From contig OZ024743.1 of NCBI GenBank assembly GCA_964016885.1, positions 95,666,001 through 95,730,000 on the forward strand: a DNA stretch of 64,000 bases, written 5' to 3'. The position numbers were made by a program, and so were the translations under genes. Below the pieces are notes generated by a model. The model did not search any database and was not told the DNA's origin. It saw only the letters and a program-made list of their open reading frames with translations. Below, in pieces: positions 55,928 through 64,000 of this stretch; the first letter of the stretch is position 1, and each line of letters begins with the position of its first letter. The DNA comes from Eledone cirrhosa. Its lineage: Eukaryota.

Positions 55928-57568
55928 CTCTCAAATCACATTCACTGTATTAAAAATGGAGACATATTCTACACAGCCCAAATTAGACGGGTTAGAGACG
56001 CCTGGAGTGCCTTTCGTTATAGATATGTTTGTCTAGATTTTATCTGTGACCAAAAACAACGATAAGAAAAGTGGTATGGACCTTCATCAGTTTCGACGAT
56101 GAGTGTTCCAGTTGGATCAACGGATCAACTTGCTCATGAAATTAACGTGTAGGTGGCTGAGTATGCCACAGACAAGTGTACCCTTAATGTAATTCCTATG
56201 AAACTTAACCATAACACAGTGTATGACAATTACAGATAAAATCTATCCGACGGGCTTCCAAGTAGTTTCTGTCAACCCCATTTCACTTACAAGGCATGTT
56301 TCAACACGAGGCTAGGGTAAATGACACTTGCCTAAGATTCTACGCGGTTGGATGGAACTCTGGACGTAATTGCAAAGGATACTCTTTAATCATTTGTGTT
56401 CACGAGAAGAAAAGTCGTATTTATCTACGACACACAAATCTTCATTGCTATTCTAATTTAATAAGATGCATAGGTTCTTCAGTTTTCATACATATATAAA
56501 TATGTTGTGTAATCACTGTTGAATTTTATCTTCCTGTAGAGTGGCTATGTATGACGAATTGGCAGAGTCATTAGAAACGTCGGACAGAATATTTTGGGGT
56601 ATTAATTTCAGCACCTTACCCTCACTAAGTTTCAATCCTAGCGAAGTCAACTTTACCTTACACCCTTTTGAGGTCAATGAAAAAATACCAGTCCAGTACT
56701 GGAGTCTATTTTTCACTCTCCTCCACTCTCTCTCTATCTCAAGAAGTAAGTACACTCTCCAAATACGTCTTGCAGACAGTACAGGCATATCATATATGTA
56801 TGTAACTCCTAGTGGTGCTGTGGAGGTTCTTTAAACATGGCAGAGACCATCTCCCCTCCAGATTGGAACGCAAGCGATTTCTCTCAGAGAGAGGGGTAGT
56901 GAAAAAGAGATATAGAAGAAGAATTGCCCCCTTTAAACCCTTTTAAATGATTTAATAATTGATCGACCTCGAAAGGATGAACGACAAAGTTCAGTTCGGT
57001 CGAATTTGAACGCATGAATGCAGAGAGCCAAACGAAATACTGCAAGGCATTGTATCCAATGTTCTAATGACTGCCAATTCACAAACACATCAAACAACAA
57101 TTACCCTAAAGCATCAGTAATGTTTCATAATGAAATAAATATCTATATATTTGCTCGTTGTTGTAATTTTATGATAAACATTGACCATATAAACGTCCAG
57201 TCCTATATATGTTCTGCTATAATCTGTTACATACCACCATGCTATTCGCTTGATCGAGTTAATCAATATGTTTCCCCACTTAACTTTATGCGTTGCATAT
57301 CAGATTTCGTTTTCTAAGCAAAACTAAAATATTATTGAATTCTGATTGAAAGGAAAATAACTCCAAGTGATTTCTCATTAGAGGTGTCACAATGACCTGA
57401 ATAAAAGTACACTAGTAAAATATTACAACATCCTAAAACTGGAATAGAGAGTTTAATTAGATGTTGATAAAATCGCTGATAAAATTATGTCATTGATAGA
57501 ATTACAATTTGGTAGAATCATACGTCATTAGTTGAATTACGTATGAGACGAAGACATCATTAACAGAA

Positions 57569-57638
57569 CTAGCAGAAAAACCACTCTTCGGGTGGTTTTT
57601 CTGCTAGCATCTGTAGTGTGTTTATTGATATTATACGC

Positions 57639-57701
<63 letters not shown>

Positions 57702-58099
57702 GATATGATACATCAAATAAAATCGGAATTGACAATATATAATAGATAGAAATTGAACGAAGACTGCGTTACACTGTCTTATGTAATCAGTAACGTAATC
57801 CATGATACATTAAAAAAGACGATATTATATATAAGTTGCATTAGGAGAAAATTAGTGACAGAATATTAATATGTTTATTTAAGCTATCGCCACTGGAAGT
57901 GTTGACATTTCAGAAATTTTAAAGAAGTGAATCTTCAAATAAACAAAATATATTTAATCAACAGCCACGAAATTTAGTAGATAAATTATGTAATATTCAT
58001 TCATTATTTATTCAAGGTAATCCAACTTATTTTACTAATGGGATAAAAAAATTATAAACCGTACGCAGTCCCGCGCTCCTCCCTTTATTATAGTTTAGA
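57569..58099 (-). mobile_element. Non-autonomous Helitron-like element
   Basis: The minus strand begins A^TCTAAACTATAATAAAG and ends with a hairpin plus CTAG^T, fitting the Helitron 5'-TC, CTAG-3' and A/T target pattern. Confidence 0.7.
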
Positions 58100-58197
58100 T
58101 GTCATTTTATTGGACTTGTGTTTATTATGACGTTTTATGGAACGCTGCTGATTGATGCAATGACAGATAAAATCACGTCGGAAGATCAGTACATTCT

Positions 58198-58466
58198 TCT
58201 TTTTATTAACAATTAAATAGGTTTATTTACAATAGTTTATAACTTTGCCTATTAATCCGTATGGTGAGCAAATGGGGTCCCACGTGCTGGACAGGAAGGC
58301 GTTTCTCCGGAGGGTGGTAAGGGAGATGCGCTGGAAGAGCCATTCCAGCTGGCGAGGCTCACACCTGCGGCTGGCCAGCTCAGCGCCTATGGTGTGGAAT
58401 AGGGAGGTAGCCCTAGGGCCAAGACACCAGAAATCTCCACTGTCAAGGGCACGAACGAATGTTTGA
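58198..58466 (-). mobile_element. 3' end of a CRE-like (restriction-like endonuclease) non-LTR retrotransposon
   Basis: Minus strand reads FVPLTVEISG, then after a frameshift LGPRATSLFHTIGAELASRRCEPRQLEWLFQRISLTTLRRNA. This matches the CRE-type C-terminal FVP.AVET.G..G...LFQRLS...RGNA pattern, and a short 3' UTR with AATAAA follows. Confidence 0.65.
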
Positions 58467-58744
58467 TGGAATAATATTTTTTACATGTGACTTTAGAGGA
58501 GCAATACACGAGGATCTTTAATACTATATCAGAAACTGTATGTTGTCTTCTGTGTGACAATATCTCACTGTCTCGTTGGATGTAGCGTGAAATAATTTAA
58601 AGAAACGTTATTTCAATAATAGATATACATTTATCTGTTGTTCATTTGCAAACATGGCGAAGTCATTTGCATTCCAGTCTTAGCTCACTCCAGTCGGCAA
58701 TACCTGAAATGGGCCCCTATTTACTATACAAGGTAAGACCACAG

Positions 58745-59030
58745 ATAAACTGTAATAATAGAAATGTAGTTTATAGCATAAGATGCACTGAGTGATAATG
58801 AAGAAATATTAACATGACATATATAGGGGAGACTACTCGCATTATAGGAGTAAGGATTAAGGACCACTGGCAAGAACTAAGCAACGAGAAAAACTCATCA
58901 GTGTTCTACCAACATGCCAAATTAGGACATGGTAGCTCACTAGAAAATATGGAATTAAAAATGATATCTACACAACGAACAGAAAGAACGCAGAAGCCAC
59001 ATATATAACAGAAAGTAAGCCTACCCACAA
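58745..59030 (+). pseudogene. Old PLE GIY-YIG endonuclease fragment related to PLE-2
   Basis: CNNRNVVYSIRCTE**...YIGETTR..RIKDHWQEL..SSVFYQHAK. Confidence 0.75.
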
Positions 59031-60753
59031 AGGAAAGCAGGAATGAAATAACACCAGCTCCACGTGTTAAACAATATAAGGACACATAAGAATTAATGTA
59101 AAAGGGTACAGAAACAGACATGCAGCCACTCATACTAACTATTGAAGGGCGGGAGGGATAGATAGTGCAAAACAAACATACCCACAGAAGCTTGCAGGAG
59201 AAAGAAGACGCAAAGATACATATGCATGTGCAGGTACATACATGAATGGATACTCATGTGAAACACGGGTGTTTTTGGAAGTAACAGCACACAAGGATAC
59301 ACATTTGTATTCAGATCGTTTCTTTTTCCTTTAACCTAGTAGAGAAATACGTCCTGCTTGTGACTATCTCACCTTGTGCTCAGGTGTGTGTGTGGAATGG
59401 ACCTCCATCGGTTTCGATGATGAGTGTTCCTATTGTTCAATCAACGGAACAGCCTTCTCGTGAAATTAACATGAGTATTCCACAGACACGAACAACGTGA
59501 ACGTAATTCTCAGGAAGATTGATCGTTACACAGTGTGTAACTAGGCTAACCTAGTTACACACTGTGTAACTAGGCTAGCCATTTCAAATACAAATATAGT
59601 TCAACCAACAGGTTTCCAACTATTTTCCGTCTGCTCAGATTTACTTACAAGGAAAAGGGTTAATTTCACTTGCTGAATATGTCATACAGAGGAACCGAAC
59701 CCGATTCAATTCGATGTGAACCTTTAACCCTTTAGCATTTAAGCCGACCGTATCTGGTCAGAACTCTTTCACCTCTTTTTGTTCAAACCGGCTGTAACTG
59801 GCCACTCATACCGATGTTAAGGTATTGTTCTCAAAATAAATAATATCAGAATCAGAATAAATTCGATATTATGTGATATAACTATGTGAGGTAAAGCCTT
59901 TACCACAAAAAATGAATAGTAAATATAGAGCAATATAAATGCTAAAGGGTTAAACCATTAGATCATGCTGCATCCCCATCATGCCAGTGTACATGATGGG
60001 GATAAACAATAGATGACTTAGTAAAAGGCTGAATAAAGCAAGCTGAAATAATTGATTCTACTTTTGGCACAAGGCCATCAATTATAACAGTGTATTACTG
60101 GTACTTTATTTTATCGACCCCGTAAGGATGAAAGCCAAAATTAACCTCGGCGGGATTTGAACTCAGACCGCAAAGGGACGTAACTCTTTGCTGCAAAGCA
60201 TGGCCTCCGACCTTCTACCGATACTGCCAATCCACCTCTCATTGCCGAAACAAATAATGTCATGAATTTGTCTTACGCTCCAACGACCCTGACAATCCAC
60301 CGAACTAATAAAATAATTAATAATGAACATAAATGATTAAAAGATAAAAATAGGGTAAACGAAAAATGAATATATGCGTATATAAATTCCAATCGATACA
60401 GATACATCTAAGTGCAGAAGAAGACGTCATTTTCACTATTCAGATAAGTCAGAAGAAAGTAGATATCCATTACATGAAGTCTCAGTACATCTCGAGTTTC
60501 TTCTCTTAAAGAGAATTGTGTCTATAAACAAAGCCATGAAAACTACCAAAATGTAGAATAGTATTTCGCGAATAGATCCACGGGTGATATTAGTTTAGAA
60601 TGTTCTTTCAAGATAAAATGAAATGTTATGGAATTAACACTAAGTTGCCGTGTAAAATTATGAGTAAATGGAAGTGTTTGAAAAAATACTTATTCGTCGT
60701 TTCACATTTCTCAGAAACAACGCGATACATACACACACACACACACACACACA

Positions 60754-60853
<100 letters not shown>

Positions 60854-60967
60854 TATATATATATAGCTCTACACCTCGATACAGACGTGAACCTAAACAT
60901 CGAGTGCTCACCCGGGTGAACCTACAGTAACTCCGCGTTACAATCCATATATATATATATGTATGTA

Positions 60968-61010
<43 letters not shown>

Positions 61011-61013
<3 letters not shown>

Positions 61014-62518
61014 CCAGAAAACCTTCTATCCCAGTTTGTTGTCCCAGTTTTCAAAAAAGGAAACAAATCCCTTGCCGTGAATTACCGTCCAATCTCATTC
61101 ACCTCTCATAGGTATTTGAGAGAGTGGTGAGATCGCGAATGACTCACTTCCTTGAGAGTAACAATATGCTGAACTCCAACCAGCATGGATTCCGTAATGG
61201 AAGGGATTGCCTGACGCAGCTACTGCATCACTTTGATGACATTTTGAGAGCCTTGGGAGAGGGTTCCAACACTGATGTTATCTACCTTGATTTCAGCAAG
61301 GCCTTTGACAGGGTTGATCACAACATTCTACTGAGAAAGCCGTCCAATATTGGTGTCACTGGAAAGCTGCTGCAGTGGATCAAGAGCTTCCTGTCAAACA
61401 GAACCCAACATGTTGTAGTCGAAGGAGTCAAATCCAGCCCAGCCAAAGTCAGTAGTGGAGTCCCACAAGGCACTGTGTTGGGCCCACTTCTCTTCATCAT
61501 CTATATTAATGACATCACTGACATCATCAAACACAGCAACATTAGAATTTTCGCTGATGATTCCAAGCTCCAAAAGGTCATCAATGGCGTGGATGACCGG
61601 ATAAGCCTTCAGTCAGACCTACTGGCTGTTACTCAATGGGCGGAAAATAACAACATGTTACTGAACGAAGACAAATTCGAACTGATCCACTTTGGAAAAG
61701 AGGATGCTCTGAAACTCCCGTACTCCCCTCCCTCCGGTGAAACTCTCGTGGCATCTAACAACATCAGAGACTTGGGAGTAACCGTGGACAGCAACATAAG
61801 CTGGGCCACGCATATAAGCAACAAAGTTGACATGGCCCGCAGAATGTGTTCCTGGATCCTCAGAACCTTCCGGTCGAGAGATTCCCACACCATTATCCTT
61901 CTCTTCTCCACTTTTGCCCGACCACACCTTGAATACTGTAGTCCACTGTGGTCTCCCCACACGAAACAAAGTATCATGAAACTTGAAGCTCCCCAAAGGG
62001 CAATCACGAAAAAGATAGATGGCATGTCAGACCTTGACTACTGGGGTCGACTAGAAAAGCTGAAACTTTACTCACTTCAACGTCGCCGTGAGCGTTATAT
62101 TATCTGCATGATGTGGAAAATGTTTCATCAGCACTGCCCAAATGATGTTGGCATCACCTTCAAAATAAACCCAAGGCTTGGGCCCCGTGCTATCCGTCCC
62201 AAACAAAAATCTAAATCGCAACTCATAACAACAATACGGCATAATTATTTCACCTCAATTGGCCCTGCTCTCTTCAACATCACACCAGGACACGTCAAAA
62301 CAGAAACTGACCACACAAAATTCAAGAAGTCTTTGGACAAATTCCTCCAAGTAATCCCGGACAAACCACCCACACCCGGATATGTCTCCGCAAACAGTAA
62401 TTCCCTTCTCGAATGGGCCATGGTGCCCAAATCCTGAATTGAAAGACTTCGACAGGTGGTGCTATTAAGTTAGACATGGTCTGGGCCAATACTGGCCGAA
62501 ACATTTCAAAGTTCAAAG

Positions 62519-62520
<2 letters not shown>
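61011..62520 (+). mobile_element. 5'-truncated CR1-type LINE inserted in (TA)n
   Basis: Starts abruptly at VPVFKKGNK...NYRPISFTSH, has a short 3' UTR ending in (TTCAAAG)2, and has TA tracts on both sides. Confidence 0.88.
61124..62437 (+). CDS. Non-LTR reverse transcriptase (ORF2 C-terminal part, endonuclease missing)
   Basis: Motifs QHGFR, LDFSKAFDRV, SGVPQGTVLGP, FADD, RDLGV, RPHLEYC..W.P and LYSLQRRRER. A frameshift lies just upstream, near 61110. Confidence 0.88.
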   Translation: MVRSRMTHFLESNNMLNSNQHGFRNGRDCLTQLLHHFDDILRALGEGSNTDVIYLDFSKAFDRVDHNILLRKPSNIGVTGKLLQWIKSFLSNRTQHVVVEGVKSSPAKVSSGVPQGTVLGPLLFIIYINDITDIIKHSNIRIFADDSKLQKVINGVDDRISLQSDLLAVTQWAENNNMLLNEDKFELIHFGKEDALKLPYSPPSGETLVASNNIRDLGVTVDSNISWATHISNKVDMARRMCSWILRTFRSRDSHTIILLFSTFARPHLEYCSPLWSPHTKQSIMKLEAPQRAITKKIDGMSDLDYWGRLEKLKLYSLQRRRERYIICMMWKMFHQHCPNDVGITFKINPRLGPRAIRPKQKSKSQLITTIRHNYFTSIGPALFNITPGHVKTETDHTKFKKSLDKFLQVIPDKPPTPGYVSANSNSLLEWAMVPKS

Positions 62521-62603
<83 letters not shown>

Positions 62604-62607
<4 letters not shown>

Positions 62608-63375
62608 TCGTTTTGTTTTGGCTGTGCGGATGATATGTTTAACCATCATCTCAGTGTGTTTGGGCCTTAACGTATGTTGTAGCTCTGATTCATATGATTC
62701 ATCGAGCGCTTGCCACACATATCGGACGTTGATTTTCGTTAATTCCTGAGCTGAAAACGATTCTCGCTAATTTATATTTGTATTAATCTCCAGAGTCTAG
62801 CTATAGAGCAGTTAATTTTATTGATTTTTTTCAGTTACTTATATTGACTGTTGAATAGCTCTGTTATATTTAACCATTCTGTCGAGAGCTTTATTCGATT
62901 TGTGATATTTTGCATTCTCGCAATAATACACAACTGAATCATTCGCTTAATAGAGGTGTTACCTCCCTTGCTGAATCCCACGAGGGATCAGTAATAGCCA
63001 CACTATCTATAGCATCTTGGAGCAAAACCCGTTGATAACACGACTGCCTTGTTCATCATCTCACCAGAAGCCCAACATTCTTTATGTCGGCGGACAGTAC
63101 CTGATTTGGAGTCGCAGAAACCAATACTGGATTATACCATCAGTCCAGGGCCCGGGAAAGTATCAACACATATATTTTTATTGTTTGACCCGAATTACTT
63201 GGTCGTTTTGTTTTGGCTGTGCGGATGATATGTTTAACCATCATCTCAGTGTGTTAGGCCCTTAACGTATGTTGTAGCTCTGATTCATGTGATTCATCGA
63301 GCGCTTGCCACACATATCGGACGTTGATATTCGTTAATTCCTGAGCTGAAAACGATTCTCGCTAATTTATATTTA
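62604..63375. repeat. Element of about 770 bp bounded by direct repeats of about 175 bp, between TA tracts
   Basis: 62604-62779 is nearly identical to 63199-63374. Confidence 0.85.
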
Positions 63376-63462
<87 letters not shown>

Positions 63463-63740
63463 GTGTGTGTATGTATATATATAAGTATATATATGTAGTG
63501 TTAGTCGAACCAAAGAGGGCTCGATAAGGATAAATATATATCAAATATATAAGAACCCTAGGGCAAATATTCTCATTGCTGACGTGTTATCTTCGCTTTT
63601 TCCCGTTCATTGCCAGGCAGCGTCTTCATGAACCAAAGTATCGTCTTCCTGGTTTCCTTCGGTTGCAACGTTTTTCGAAATATTTACTTCTGCGTTTTGT
63701 TTTCATAATCTCGTGATGCAGACAACCAGACATACAGACA

Positions 63741-64000
63741 TCTATATATATAAAACTGTGGTTGTCTGTCTGTCTATCGATTTTTGGCACACATCTCCTC
63801 TTAGAATCTCTCACGGAATTGCACCGAAATTGCTATACTTGTACATTGAGCCCTAGCGAAGACATCGGAAAAAAAAATTTTCAAATTGACCCACCCTATG
63901 TGACGAAATCGAATATAATGTATCGATTTTTGAGCGTAAGTGATCAGTTATTTCCCTTTGTTCTGTTTACATTGAGCGTCTTACGTAAAAAAATTACGCT
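63741..64000 (+). mobile_element. Probable Helitron 5' end (runs off the window)
   Basis: A^TCTATATATATAAAACTG followed by a (TGTC)n subterminal tract, typical of animal Helitron 5' termini. Confidence 0.55.

Overview
AT-rich eukaryotic non-coding DNA with no recognisable host gene. The repeat content (very abundant (TA)n microsatellites and two tRNA-derived SINE families) suggests an octopus/cephalopod genome, which is an inference. The window holds a 6-kb 47-bp minisatellite with higher-order structure and three adjacent Penelope-like retroelements (PLEs; RT plus GIY-YIG) at 15.1-29.2 kb, each with an inverted 5' arm. It also holds a 5'-truncated CR1-type LINE, remnants of RTE, Tx1 and CRE LINEs, Helitron and hAT non-autonomous elements, and SINEs. 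The main hidden signal is RNA-structural. About 18 type I hammerhead ribozyme (HHR) motifs from roughly a dozen unrelated sequence families, all folded by eye, lie in PLE termini and in short non-coding fold-back elements embedded in (TA)n tracts. They share an architecture of HHR, then AATAAA, then a YGAGYRC-like motif, then (TA)n. They include U3-A8 core variants, a long or branched stem II, and half-ribozymes. Almost all ORFs in the supplied track are microsatellite artefacts.
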